Of a stretch of DNA of 64,000 nt, positions 31,579 to 41,315 are shown one piece after another (positions within the stretch are counted from its first letter, which is position 1; the number at the start of each line of letters is the position of its first letter). The notes beneath the pieces were generated by a model. It had not been told where the DNA came from. It made no database searches and saw only the letters and a list, made by a program, of their open reading frames with translations. This DNA is from a virus (taxonomy: Duplodnaviria > Caudoviricetes), in IMG/VR virus record IMGVR_UViG_3300032280_000786, positions 1-64,000 of that record; one strand, given 5' to 3'. Both the position numbers and the translations under genes were made by a program.

Positions 31579-32298
31579 TTATGGTTCAGTTTTTCCTTCA
31601 TATGTAAGACCGTGTAAAGCGCCATTAATACTATTACAAATACTTTCTGAACTATTTATCGTGTTTTCTAATACTGACATAATAATATTTAGTATAGAAT
31701 AAACCTTCAATAAGTTTTTATCACTATCATAAAATTGAGATGAACATATACCTTCAACTAAGTCAATAGTTAAAAGAATATTATCATTATTTTTAATTTT
31801 CATTTTCTCTATAATAACTGCTGGTATACTAACTTCAACCATCTCTCTTTCATAATCATAAACTGTTTGATTTATTAGATTAAGAAAAGATTTAAGTATT
31901 TGTGGTTCATCCATTGTTTCGTATGTTTTACCTGCTACGAACTTCTCAATGTTTCTCTTGTAGTTTTTAAGATAGATTGTTAAGTATTTTCTAAATACCA
32001 CAGTTCTATATTCTGTTGAGAATTGAAATGTTGGAACTTTTGAATAAGTCCAGAAGTCAATATAGTTAAATACGTCATGATTATCTATATCAGAAATGTT
32101 TATTTTTCTAACAGATGATTCAACCTCTTTAACTTTATTTGACATGAATTTATCAATAAACCAATCGGAAATTTTACCCATAAAATTTCCAAACCAATTA
32201 CTTTTAATTAGTGTATAAATACCAAATAAAACGGCAGAAGTTAAAATTCCTTTTAACCCATGTTTTTCAACAAGTGGTACTAAGTCTGTGTAGTTCAT
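31579..32298 (-). CDS. Membrane-anchored protein (single N-terminal TM)
   Basis: GLKGILTSAVLFGIYTLI followed by a soluble domain of about 190 aa. Confidence 0.6.
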   Translation of the reverse strand: MNYTDLVPLVEKHGLKGILTSAVLFGIYTLIKSNWFGNFMGKISDWFIDKFMSNKVKEVESSVRKINISDIDNHDVFNYIDFWTYSKVPTFQFSTEYRTVVFRKYLTIYLKNYKRNIEKFVAGKTYETMDEPQILKSFLNLINQTVYDYEREMVEVSIPAVIIEKMKIKNNDNILLTIDLVEGICSSQFYDSDKNLLKVYSILNIIMSVLENTINSSESICNSINGALHGLTYEGKTEP

Positions 32299-32397
32299 CT
32301 AATATGATTATTTTGTCTTTTTATATATAAAATTTGAAAAGTAAAAAATTAAAATACCTTTATTTTATTCGTTTTTTAGTTAGTGGATAAAATAATT

Positions 32398-32406
32398 TAA
32401 TATATA
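32398..32406 (+). promoter_or_regulatory. Putative late promoter TAATATATA
   Basis: Heads the baseplate operon. Confidence 0.65.
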
Positions 32407-32426
32407 ATAAAAATTAAATAATCATT

Positions 32427-32753
32427 ATGAGTTTAAGACAAAATATAAACAAAGTTCACTTCGATCTTCAGAATAAATTTGAAGAAGTAACTATCACAGA
32501 GAAGTCTGATTTAAAATTAGGTAACTACTTTGAGTTATCAATTTTAGAAGGAAATAAAGAAGTTAAAGTTATTCTTAGAAAAACTGAGGCAGAGAAAAAT
32601 GTATTTGAATGGTCTTACTTTTCAAACCCATTAAATGAGAGTTCTGATCTAGTTGAAAGAACATCAAAACTTGAAATGTTTTCTTTAGATATTCAAGAAG
32701 TTTTAGAGAAAAATAGATTTGATTCTGATTATCTTAACAAAATAAATAACTAA
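32427..32753 (+). CDS. Hypothetical protein
   Basis: 108 aa, upstream of the baseplate wedge gene. Confidence 0.75.
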   Translation: MSLRQNINKVHFDLQNKFEEVTITEKSDLKLGNYFELSILEGNKEVKVILRKTEAEKNVFEWSYFSNPLNESSDLVERTSKLEMFSLDIQEVLEKNRFDSDYLNKINN

Positions 32754-32757
32754 TAAA

Positions 32758-34482
32758 ATGTCAAATTTTACCTCTATATCATTTACAAATATTAAGTCTG
32801 AGATAGAACGTTTTTTAAAAGAAGAATATAATAAAGCTAATATACTTTTTACTGCGGCAAGTCCGTATGGGCAAATCTTATTAGTTCTAGAAAACTTACA
32901 TCAGTTATCATTACTTTATTTAAAAAATGCAATAAATCAATTTGATTTAAGTCAAGTTAATTCTAATAACGAGAGAGTTATTAGAAATGCTGCTATATAT
33001 GCTGGACATAATCCGGGTAGAGGTATATCAGCAACTGGTACTTTAAAGTTTGTTTTAAAGTCTTCTGCTGACATTGAAGCTGATATCCCAGGTGCTAGAA
33101 TAACATTGAGTAATAAAGCAAATATTAAAAATAAGACTAATGGATTAGATTATTCATTAAACTTAGGAACTGATGTTATTACACATAAGATAACTCCTAA
33201 CTATCAATTCTTTGTGCCAATTATTCAAGGTAAATGGCAAAGTAAGATCTATACTGGTGATGGGGCTGCTTTACAAACTCTTTCAGTAAAAGAAATAGGT
33301 CGTAAAGATGTTGAGAACTTTAATGTACAAGTTTTAGTTAATGGTGACTTTTGGCCAACTAAGAATCACATTTTTGAAATGTTACCAGGTGAAACAGCTT
33401 GTGTTGTTAGAACTGGATTTGATGGTGGTATTGACATTGTATTTGGTAATGAAGGATTTGGATCAATTCCTACAATTGGTTCTATTATAGAAGTAAGATA
33501 CTTAATTACAGATGGTCAATTAGGAAATATATTTAGAAGAACTTCTAATGATTTTAAATTTATTGATGATATGTTAAGTGCTGATGGTCAAGCAATCAAT
33601 GTTGATAAGGTATTTAATATAGAAATTTATACAGATATAAATTTTGGTGCTGATAAAGAAAGTTTATTATTTACTAAGAATATTTTACCAATATCTTCAA
33701 ATAATTTTGTATTAGCTCTACCTCAACAATATGCTTATGCAATTAAGAGACTTGGAGTATTTTCACATGTTAATGCTTATGAAAGATCAGGAACTATATT
33801 CATAGTTGCAACACCAAACATTAGATTATTTAAAAATCAAAATGCAGATTATTTCTCAATTGATATGGCAGCATTTATTTTAGATAACTATGAGAAGTCT
33901 AAAATAGATAAGTATTTAAGAACAGGTGGTAATATTCAACTAACAAGAAAGTATAAAGTTGTTTCTCCAGTTATATCATATTATATCATGAACATATTTG
34001 TTATATCATATTCTGATGTAACAGATGATTCAGTTAATACACAAATATTAAACAAAATATCTGAATACTTTTTAGACTTATCAAGAATTGATAGAGTTCC
34101 TAAATTAGATATTATTAGAGAGTTATCTACAATTACAGATATTCACTCTGTTGATATACAATTTGTATCTAAAAAGAATGAAGATTACCATAATGAGAAT
34201 ATGGTAATAGCCGCTAACAAAGTAAATAAATATGCTTCTAGTTTCAACACAGACATCTCTACCGCGACTTTAGTACCTGGTTACAACCCTTATAGTGTAC
34301 AAGGTTTAGATCCTGTCTTAGGAGACATTATTTTTGAACCAAATGAAATTCCTGTAATAAGAGGTGGTTTCTATGATAGAAATGGTGTTTATTATTCTGA
34401 TTCTGTTGATGGTAATGGATTACGTTCAGTAAACATTATTAAGAAAGGAACAGTTGATTCAAAAAATAGACCTAATACATAA
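32758..34482 (+). CDS. Baseplate wedge subunit, T4 gp6-like
   Basis: SFTNIKSEIERFLK..ASPYGQIL..A..GHNPGRGISATG, IVFGNEGFGSIP, YLITDG..GN, GADKES, QQY: gp6/baseplate-J architecture. Confidence 0.8.
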   Translation: MSNFTSISFTNIKSEIERFLKEEYNKANILFTAASPYGQILLVLENLHQLSLLYLKNAINQFDLSQVNSNNERVIRNAAIYAGHNPGRGISATGTLKFVLKSSADIEADIPGARITLSNKANIKNKTNGLDYSLNLGTDVITHKITPNYQFFVPIIQGKWQSKIYTGDGAALQTLSVKEIGRKDVENFNVQVLVNGDFWPTKNHIFEMLPGETACVVRTGFDGGIDIVFGNEGFGSIPTIGSIIEVRYLITDGQLGNIFRRTSNDFKFIDDMLSADGQAINVDKVFNIEIYTDINFGADKESLLFTKNILPISSNNFVLALPQQYAYAIKRLGVFSHVNAYERSGTIFIVATPNIRLFKNQNADYFSIDMAAFILDNYEKSKIDKYLRTGGNIQLTRKYKVVSPVISYYIMNIFVISYSDVTDDSVNTQILNKISEYFLDLSRIDRVPKLDIIRELSTITDIHSVDIQFVSKKNEDYHNENMVIAANKVNKYASSFNTDISTATLVPGYNPYSVQGLDPVLGDIIFEPNEIPVIRGGFYDRNGVYYSDSVDGNGLRSVNIIKKGTVDSKNRPNT

Positions 34483-34727
34483 TGTTATATAGAGACAGAC
34501 AGTTGCCGGAACTTTACTATATGAAACATAGACATGATAATGATAATGATTTCGTTGATTATGAGAAAACTATATTAAGTAGAAACCTTTCTCCTTATAT
34601 GTATGAGAATAATATGATGAATGGGTTCTTAACAAGACTACAACCTTTAGCTGCATCATTATTTGATAGAATGAATGTTATCAAAAACTTCAAAAATTAT
34701 ATGGTGGATAAAGATTGGTATAAATAA
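34482..34727 (+). CDS. Small baseplate-associated protein (gp7/tail-I-like position)
   Basis: Translationally coupled to the gp6-like gene. Confidence 0.45.
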   Translation: MLYRDRQLPELYYMKHRHDNDNDFVDYEKTILSRNLSPYMYENNMMNGFLTRLQPLAASLFDRMNVIKNFKNYMVDKDWYK

Positions 34728-34795
34728 TATTGAAAAATAAAGAAAACCATTTCTAATATATAATATATAATAAACAATAAAAAAGTAATTAAAAC

Positions 34796-35431
34796 ATGGC
34801 AGATAGTAAAAAAATAGTAAGCTTTAAGAAATTTTCAGATATTAAAGCTGATTCTAGTAAAATAGAAGAAGTTGATCCTTCATTGGATTTAGCTCCTGAG
34901 ACTGATTCTGACAGACCTATGATTCCTAATGTATCATCTTCGACGAATAAAGTAGAGAAACGTTTTTCTTCAAAGAACATTGAACCTACTGATCACGATG
35001 AGGATTTTGAACAAGATGATGAGAATGATGAGTATCCTGAAAAACCTAAGAATGAAGTAAAAACATATGGAAAAGTGGCAAAGTTTCCTAATGGAGTAAA
35101 GGCTTCTAAAGCTCTAAATTTCTTGGAGAACGTAAAGATCTCGAAAAAATCTATATGGTATATTGTTGTAGAACAACAAAGTGATGAACTTCAGTTAGTT
35201 AAATATAATTATAATGAGGGTGTAGATTTATCCAAGTTTGTAAATGAATTAAAATCATACTATATTACTAAAAATAGAGGCAATAAAGCCATATGTGAAG
35301 CAGTTGCTAAAATTGGTGTAGATGGTAATGATAAGTATAGTAAGATCACAAACATATCAAAGATTAAAGTAGATGGAAAGCTACTAATCACTAAAATCAC
35401 AGAAGACTTAATCAAGTTACTCTCAAAATAA
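34796..35431 (+). CDS. Hypothetical protein
   Basis: 211 aa; N-terminal KKIVSFKKFSD. Confidence 0.75.
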   Translation: MADSKKIVSFKKFSDIKADSSKIEEVDPSLDLAPETDSDRPMIPNVSSSTNKVEKRFSSKNIEPTDHDEDFEQDDENDEYPEKPKNEVKTYGKVAKFPNGVKASKALNFLENVKISKKSIWYIVVEQQSDELQLVKYNYNEGVDLSKFVNELKSYYITKNRGNKAICEAVAKIGVDGNDKYSKITNISKIKVDGKLLITKITEDLIKLLSK

Positions 35432-35465
35432 AAAAAAATAGACACTTTTAAGTGTCTATTTTTTT
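35432..35465. terminator. Intrinsic terminator
   Basis: AAAAAAATAGACACT-TTTA-AGTGTCTATTTTTTT. Confidence 0.85.
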
Positions 35466-35549
35466 TATACTATTTTTTACAAAATATTGATAGAAAATTC
35501 TAAAAAGTAGTTTTATTATTTAATATATAATAAAAAATAAAATAAAATA

Positions 35550-36167
35550 ATGAAACATATTAAAAAATTCAATGATGATAAAATAAATGAAGAATTTTTT
35601 GGAGGTCCTCTTAAAGATTTAATGAATCCAAGAGTTGATGAACTTATAGAATTCTTGGAAGATTATAAGACTAAAATCAATGAACCTAATTCATTTGTTA
35701 ATAAAGAGGAAAATAGAAAAGTTGAAAATATGTACCAATATATAATTCATAATTTAGACCTTGATACATTATCTAAATCAAATAGACAAGGTGATAAAGT
35801 AAGAGGGGAAGGTGAAAATTTTTCTCAAAAAGTTAAAAGAAGTATTAAAAATTTTGAAAGTATTTCAGAAGGTAAAGCTGAAAAAGCTTCTAAAAATCCT
35901 TACGGTAACAAAACCAAGGAGGATAAGAAAGACCAATTAAGAAAAGCGGTTGAAGATCATATCAAAACTAAAGAGTGTAAAACTAAACAAGTTGGAGATG
36001 ATTTTGAAATTCATTTTGATGGGGAACATATTGGACAAGTTATGTTTCGTGATGAGAAAATCACCGTTAAGAAACAAGGAGAAAAATTCGGCAAAGAATT
36101 TAAGTATAATGAATTAGGTAAAATTAAAACAGAAATAACTTCTGTAATAAAAGATTGCTGTGAATAA
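35550..36167 (+). CDS. Hypothetical protein with capsid-targeting-like N-terminus
   Basis: MKHIKKFNDDKINE; TAATATATA at 35521-35529. Confidence 0.75.
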   Translation: MKHIKKFNDDKINEEFFGGPLKDLMNPRVDELIEFLEDYKTKINEPNSFVNKEENRKVENMYQYIIHNLDLDTLSKSNRQGDKVRGEGENFSQKVKRSIKNFESISEGKAEKASKNPYGNKTKEDKKDQLRKAVEDHIKTKECKTKQVGDDFEIHFDGEHIGQVMFRDEKITVKKQGEKFGKEFKYNELGKIKTEITSVIKDCCE

Positions 36168-36221
36168 ATGAAAGATTTTTTTAAAGAATCTAGATTTACA
36201 TAAAAATTATTAACAAACTAG

Positions 36222-37250
36222 ATGGAAGAGATAACCCCAAAAAAACGTGTACAATTTATAACATGTGATAGAGTAAAAGACACTTACGGTGTCACTTCGG
36301 GGTTATTTAACTCTGCTAGCTTTGTTGTTAATTATCTAAATGAGTGCGATTTTGAAGCTAAGATTACGCCAGTAGTTGACTCAAATCAAATTGATAGAGT
36401 TGTTACTGAATTTAACCCAGATATAGTTATAATTGAAGCTATTTGGGTTCCACCTGCAAAGTTCAAAGAATTGTTTCAATTACAAAGACACAAGAATAGA
36501 AGATGGATAGTTAGGTTACATTCAAAAGCACCATTTTTGGCTAACGAAGGTGTTGCAACTAGATGGATAAAACAATATGCATCAATTGATGATTTGAAAA
36601 TTGAGATAGCTCCAAACACAACAGAACTTACTGAACAATTAACTTATTGTTTCCCATCAGGTAAATTTATATTTTTACCAAATATTTATAAAGCAAAACC
36701 ATTCACACCTGAAAAACATGTGAAAAGTGAAGACTTTGTTGATATTGGTTCTTTTGGTGCGATTAGACCAATGAAAAACACATACCAACAAGCAATGGCT
36801 GCAATAGAGTTTGTTGAACAAATAGGTAAAACATTAAGATTTCATATAAATGGAACCAGAATAGAACAATCTGGTGACAATGCGTTAAGAAACATTCAAG
36901 CGTTATTTGAACATTCTGAACATGAGCTTATTGAACATAAATGGTATAAACATGCCGAATTTTTGGAAGCAGCATCTAAAATGGATATAGGTATGCAAGT
37001 ATCTTTTTCTGAATCATTTAATATCGTTACCGCTGACTTTGTAACGGCAAAAGTTCCAATAGTAGCTTCTGATGATATAAGTTGGATGCCTTGGATTATG
37101 AAGGTATCACCTACGTCACACAAGGGTATTGTTCGAAAATTAAAAATAGCATACAAATATAGAGGATTTATTACTTGGTTACAAAGTTTTAGTTTGGGAT
37201 TTTATAACATAAAAGCCAAACTACAATGGTTATTAAAATTAAAAAATTAA
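36222..37250 (+). CDS. Glycosyltransferase, GT-B (GT4-like)
   Basis: FGAIRPMKN, MQVSFSESFNIVTAD..TAKVPIVAS resemble the GT4 E-x7-E region. Confidence 0.75.
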   Translation: MEEITPKKRVQFITCDRVKDTYGVTSGLFNSASFVVNYLNECDFEAKITPVVDSNQIDRVVTEFNPDIVIIEAIWVPPAKFKELFQLQRHKNRRWIVRLHSKAPFLANEGVATRWIKQYASIDDLKIEIAPNTTELTEQLTYCFPSGKFIFLPNIYKAKPFTPEKHVKSEDFVDIGSFGAIRPMKNTYQQAMAAIEFVEQIGKTLRFHINGTRIEQSGDNALRNIQALFEHSEHELIEHKWYKHAEFLEAASKMDIGMQVSFSESFNIVTADFVTAKVPIVASDDISWMPWIMKVSPTSHKGIVRKLKIAYKYRGFITWLQSFSLGFYNIKAKLQWLLKLKN

Positions 37251-37253
37251 AAA

Positions 37254-37424
37254 ATGAGAAAAATTGTAAAAATAATTCTAAGATCTGATCACATTAAAAA
37301 AAGATTTCTTGATAGAGTAAAATCTAAAATTAAAATGATTCAAAAAGCTAAACAAAAACATAACCAACTTGAGGAAGATGAATTAGATGACCACAACGAT
37401 TCAAGTAATTGGTCTTATTGTTAA
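37254..37424 (+). CDS. 56-aa hypothetical protein
   Basis: Hand-found MRKIVKIILRSDHIKKRFLDRVK... Confidence 0.5.
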   Translation: MRKIVKIILRSDHIKKRFLDRVKSKIKMIQKAKQKHNQLEEDELDDHNDSSNWSYC

Positions 37425-37464
37425 TAAAACTAAGAACCCCACCAGAAATAGTATTTCTGGTCAG

Positions 37465-37497
37465 ACACCACTTATTTTTTAAGTGGTGTTTCTTTTT
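37465..37497 (+). terminator. Intrinsic terminator preceded by a second hairpin (37442-37460)
   Basis: ACACCACTT-ATTTTTT-AAGTGGTGT-TTCTTTTT; upstream CCAGAAAT-AGT-ATTTCTGG. Confidence 0.7.
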
Positions 37498-37601
37498 AAT
37501 TGGTTTTTTATGATCCTTCCTAACACTTATTTTTGAGTAAAATATATAGATAATGTGAATATACAATCGAATATATTCATAATAAAAAATAAATAAAAAC
37601 T

Positions 37602-37769
37602 ATGAACAAAGAAGAAATTTTAGGTTTACTTAGACACACACTTACATTTGTTGGGGGTGTTTTATTAACTAATGGTTTATTAGAAGCAGGTTTAATCCAA
37701 GAAGCAATTGGTGCAGTAGTTACATTAACTGGTGTTGTTTTATCAGTATTGAACAAAAGAAAAAAATAA
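37602..37769 (+). CDS. Putative holin (Pam3-gp28-like, two TM)
   Basis: Hand-found MNKEEILGLLRHTLTFVGGVLLTNG...AIGAVVTLTGVVLSVLNKRKK; RH.LT..GG signature. Confidence 0.75.
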   Translation: MNKEEILGLLRHTLTFVGGVLLTNGLLEAGLIQEAIGAVVTLTGVVLSVLNKRKK

Positions 37770-37784
37770 AAATACATTTATTTT

Positions 37785-37820
37785 AGAAACATCACTTGAA
37801 AAAGTGATGTTTCTTTTTTT
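37785..37820 (+). terminator. Intrinsic terminator
   Basis: AGAAACATCACTT-GAAA-AAGTGATGTTTCT-TTTT. Confidence 0.85.
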
Positions 37821-37831
37821 ATATATAATGT

Positions 37832-38572
37832 ATGGATAATCTAAAAAGACTTTATAACTATCTTAAAAAGAATGACAAAAAGAAAATACTTTTTCTAACT
37901 ACATCTAATAGATGGGAAGGAGATAAAGAATTACCTAAATCATCAATAATTGCAGATGAATTACTAAAGAAATTAGGTTCTGACAATATTAATCTTATTA
38001 ATGTTTCAAAACTTAAAATATTTCCTTGTGAGGGAAATGTATCAACTAAAAGAGGAAATACCTGTGGTCTTAAACAAGCAAAGTTAGATGATAAGATAAA
38101 AAATCCTACAGGACATATTAGATGTTGGGCAGCATTGAATAATAAAACTGATGAAATGTACAAAGTGGCAAATGCCATTTTTGATGCAGATATAATAATA
38201 TTTTTTGGATCTATACGTTGGGGTAAAATGAATTCTATTTATGGTGAATTGATTGAAAGATTAACTTGGTTAGAGAACAGACACGCAACTCTTGGGGAGT
38301 CTAATTTATTAAAAAATAAAGAATGTGGTATTGTCGCGACCGGTCACAATTGGAATGGTAAAGAAGCAATAAAATTAGAAAAAGAAGTATTGGGATTCTT
38401 TGGATTTAAGACACCTGATATTCTATCATTTAATTGGCAATGGACTAAAGATAAATTTGATGAAAGTAAGAAAGGTTATCTTGAAGATTTTGGTGACTTT
38501 CTCAGAGAGTTTGATTTCGTAGAAACACTTAATGAAAGTATAATTCGATTTAAAGAATGGATAAAAAAATAA
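37832..38572 (+). CDS. Flavodoxin-fold NADPH-dependent FMN reductase / iron-sulfur flavoprotein-like
   Basis: ILFLTTSNR, IFPCEG...TCG...CW, DEM....AIFDADIIIFFGSIRWG. Confidence 0.8.
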   Translation: MDNLKRLYNYLKKNDKKKILFLTTSNRWEGDKELPKSSIIADELLKKLGSDNINLINVSKLKIFPCEGNVSTKRGNTCGLKQAKLDDKIKNPTGHIRCWAALNNKTDEMYKVANAIFDADIIIFFGSIRWGKMNSIYGELIERLTWLENRHATLGESNLLKNKECGIVATGHNWNGKEAIKLEKEVLGFFGFKTPDILSFNWQWTKDKFDESKKGYLEDFGDFLREFDFVETLNESIIRFKEWIKK

Positions 38573-38598
38573 AAATCACTCAAATGAGTGATTTTTTT
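38571..38598. terminator. Bidirectional intrinsic terminator
   Basis: AAAAATCACTC-AAAT-GAGTGATTTTT. Confidence 0.8.
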
Positions 38599-39017
38599 TA
38601 TACTTTTAAGGAATTTAATTTTTTAACCGCTCTATTATATATAGCAGTTTCTTTTATAACTTCACTATCTATGTGTTGATTCCACTTGTCACTTACATCG
38701 ATAACTACGAAAGCATATTGTGATGTATCAAAGTTAAAAGATGTTACCCATCTTCTTTCAATACTCATACCATGACTTAATCTCATTGATTTATCGGCAT
38801 ACTTTTTATTTATCTTATCACATTCTCTGGTCGCACCACCTAAAGTCTTATAAGCTTTTATTTTTAAACTCATTTCTTTTTGTAATTTTCCATTTTTAGT
38901 CCAAATAAATTCAAATGGTATATCAAAAACTTCGTCAGAGTCACTTAATAGTGACCCTAACTTAGCTTCTCTTTGTGCAGCTTTACTTACTATTACTAGT
39001 GTGTACATCTTACCCAT
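38598..39017 (-). CDS. Hypothetical protein
   Basis: 139-aa ORF. Confidence 0.7.
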   Translation of the reverse strand: MGKMYTLVIVSKAAQREAKLGSLLSDSDEVFDIPFEFIWTKNGKLQKEMSLKIKAYKTLGGATRECDKINKKYADKSMRLSHGMSIERRWVTSFNFDTSQYAFVVIDVSDKWNQHIDSEVIKETAIYNRAVKKLNSLKV

Positions 39018-39108
39018 TTATATTATAGATCAAAATTATATTAAGTTTATGTGCCTCCACTAATTTCCAATTTTATTTTTTAATATATACTTAAAAATAA
39101 TTTTGTTT

Positions 39109-39261
39109 ATGTTAGAAAAAATTTGTAGTGACCATAAAGTACCTATGTGTACAGCAAAAAATGAGAGTGAAGTAATTATGTTAAACCATTATACCAATTT
39201 ACAACCATTATGTAGTAAAATAAATATGTGTATCAAAAGAGATAAACTAGATTATAAATAA
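39109..39261 (+). pseudogene. Truncated HNH endonuclease remnant (C-terminal 50 aa)
   Basis: MLEKICSDHKVPMCTAKNESEVIMLNHYTNLQPLCSKINMCIKRDKLDYK behind TAATATATA (39081-39089). Confidence 0.8.
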
Positions 39262-39262
39262 T

Positions 39263-39288
39263 AAAAAAACCCTCAAATGAGGGTTTTT
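39263..39288. terminator. Bidirectional intrinsic terminator
   Basis: AAAAAAACCCTC-AAAT-GAGGGTTTTT. Confidence 0.8.
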
Positions 39289-39289
39289 A

Positions 39290-40465
39290 TTATTTAAAGA
39301 ATTGACCATTCATTTCAATTTTTTGCAAATCATCTGGTGTAAATGCACTAGGATTTGATTTAACTGCTTTTAATATTTCCGCATAAACTTTTCTAGCTTC
39401 GTCTTGACGCCCTGTGTAAAAACAAGCAGCTGCATGTCCTTCTGCAAATTTCCAGATGTAAAGTGATTCATCTACGAATAAAAGTTTCTTAGGATAAGGG
39501 TTTTTACCGTGAAAATTTTCATATCCAAACTTAGTATATAAGTAAGCTAGATGCCATTCTCCCATTTGTAAATAATAATCAACAATTGTTTTAATTGATT
39601 CACCTCTTAACGGATCAATAGCATAAGCCTTTAAACATTGTTGCATTGTTAAGTTCCAAGGATGTTCTAAACTTCTCATAATAGTACCCATACGATAGTG
39701 TGAGTAATATATTTCTTCAACATAACCATCAGTTCTTTCAGTTCTTTCTTTATAGTATTTTAAAGAACGTCTTAATCTTTCTTCATTTTCTTCTCTATTA
39801 TCAGGAATAGAAGCAGAATCATGATAAGATTGTGCAGTATAGAAAATCCATCTTGGATCTTGACGATTTTCATTGATATAAGTTTCTAACTTGTGTGAGT
39901 GAGATAAATACTTTTCAGATATTTTACCTTGCCAAGAAGCACCATCCATACTTACATTTACATGAATACCAGTAGCTAAACCAGAAGTAATATTTTGATC
40001 ATCACATACAATAAACTCGTGAACGACTCCATACCAGCGAAAGGGCATTGATACTCTAAAAAAAGTATTTCTTGTATATTTCATTTGACCTATATAAGTG
40101 TTGATCATATAAAGATCCGCGGTGAATTGATTTTTATTAAATGTTGGATCTATAACTAATTGTTCATCACAATCATACCACATACCATGTATTTTAGTTG
40201 GATCCCAACCTAGTTCGTTTACTACGTCTCTAAGTTTCTCCATAGCAAATGTTCTACTTTTATCAAAAGTATCAAAAGGTCTTTCAAATACGTAAGTTGG
40301 TGTATTATTATCAACACCCCATTTTTTTATTAACTCAATTGTGTTGTCACTTGAACCAGTATCTACTGCAACAACTAAATCTAGAATGTCTTTAGAACTA
40401 TTCAACATTCTCTCTATTACATTCTTTTCATCTTTACATATGAAATTTAATGCTAATTTACCCAT
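39290..40465 (-). CDS. Glycosyltransferase family 2 (GT-A) with TPR-like C-terminus
   Basis: ICKDEKNVIERML, VDTGSSDNT, DCDE, WYGVVHE, then helical TPR-like repeats. Confidence 0.85.
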   Translation of the reverse strand: MGKLALNFICKDEKNVIERMLNSSKDILDLVVAVDTGSSDNTIELIKKWGVDNNTPTYVFERPFDTFDKSRTFAMEKLRDVVNELGWDPTKIHGMWYDCDEQLVIDPTFNKNQFTADLYMINTYIGQMKYTRNTFFRVSMPFRWYGVVHEFIVCDDQNITSGLATGIHVNVSMDGASWQGKISEKYLSHSHKLETYINENRQDPRWIFYTAQSYHDSASIPDNREENEERLRRSLKYYKERTERTDGYVEEIYYSHYRMGTIMRSLEHPWNLTMQQCLKAYAIDPLRGESIKTIVDYYLQMGEWHLAYLYTKFGYENFHGKNPYPKKLLFVDESLYIWKFAEGHAAACFYTGRQDEARKVYAEILKAVKSNPSAFTPDDLQKIEMNGQFFK

Positions 40466-40510
40466 CTATTTTATATTTTTATTTATTATATAGTATAACT
40501 TAGTAAAGTT

Positions 40511-40519
40511 TAATATATA
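40511..40519 (+). promoter_or_regulatory. TAATATATA directly abutting ATG
   Basis: TAATATATA-ATG with no spacer. Confidence 0.6.
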
Positions 40520-41272
40520 ATGAAAAAGAAAATAATTGGTATGTTCGTAATTTACAAGGCAGAATTTCCAAATGGTAAAGTTTATATAGGTAAAAGTAAA
40601 AATTTTAATGATAGAAAATTAAAACATTCGTACAGTCCAAAATATTATAGCACTAAATTAACAAATGCTATAAATAAGTATGGATTCGGATCTATAAATT
40701 GGGAGGTCATTTATGAAACAGATGATATAGATGAACTTAATAAAATGGAAATAGAGTTTATTAAAAAATATGACTCTATTAGACTTGGTTACAATACATC
40801 TACTGGTGGTGATGGTGGTGATACCATTTCAAATAATCCTAGAAAACTGGAAATAATAAAACAACAATTATCTACTAAGGGCAAAGATCCTGACAATTAT
40901 ATTGAAATATCTAGTATTATATCTGATTCAATTTTAGATGATTATATTAATAATAAGTTATCTATACATTCATTAGTTAGAAAGTATGGTATAACAAAAA
41001 ATAGAATTACTCGATTTCTTAAAGTAAAAGAGATTGAAATTGATAAAGAGAGGTGCAAGTTAACTAATTCAAAGGTATTTGATAGTGACTATATAGATAA
41101 AGTAATAAAAATGTATAAAGATGGCCTTTTGATAAAAGATATTGCAAGAATAGAAAATAAGACCATAATGGTGATAAGTAGGATATTACACGATTCTGGT
41201 GTTAGAATATCTAAAAGATTTGGTGAGGGTAGAGCAAGTGATGGAAGTAAACCAAGAGAAAAAGAAAAATAA
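40520..41272 (+). CDS. GIY-YIG homing endonuclease with HTH-like C-terminus
   Basis: VIYKAEFPNGKVYIGKS, GYNTSTGGDGG. Confidence 0.85.
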   Translation: MKKKIIGMFVIYKAEFPNGKVYIGKSKNFNDRKLKHSYSPKYYSTKLTNAINKYGFGSINWEVIYETDDIDELNKMEIEFIKKYDSIRLGYNTSTGGDGGDTISNNPRKLEIIKQQLSTKGKDPDNYIEISSIISDSILDDYINNKLSIHSLVRKYGITKNRITRFLKVKEIEIDKERCKLTNSKVFDSDYIDKVIKMYKDGLLIKDIARIENKTIMVISRILHDSGVRISKRFGEGRASDGSKPREKEK

Positions 41273-41315
41273 GTTTTGTTATTTAATATATACTTTAATA
41301 AAAAAATTGTATATT

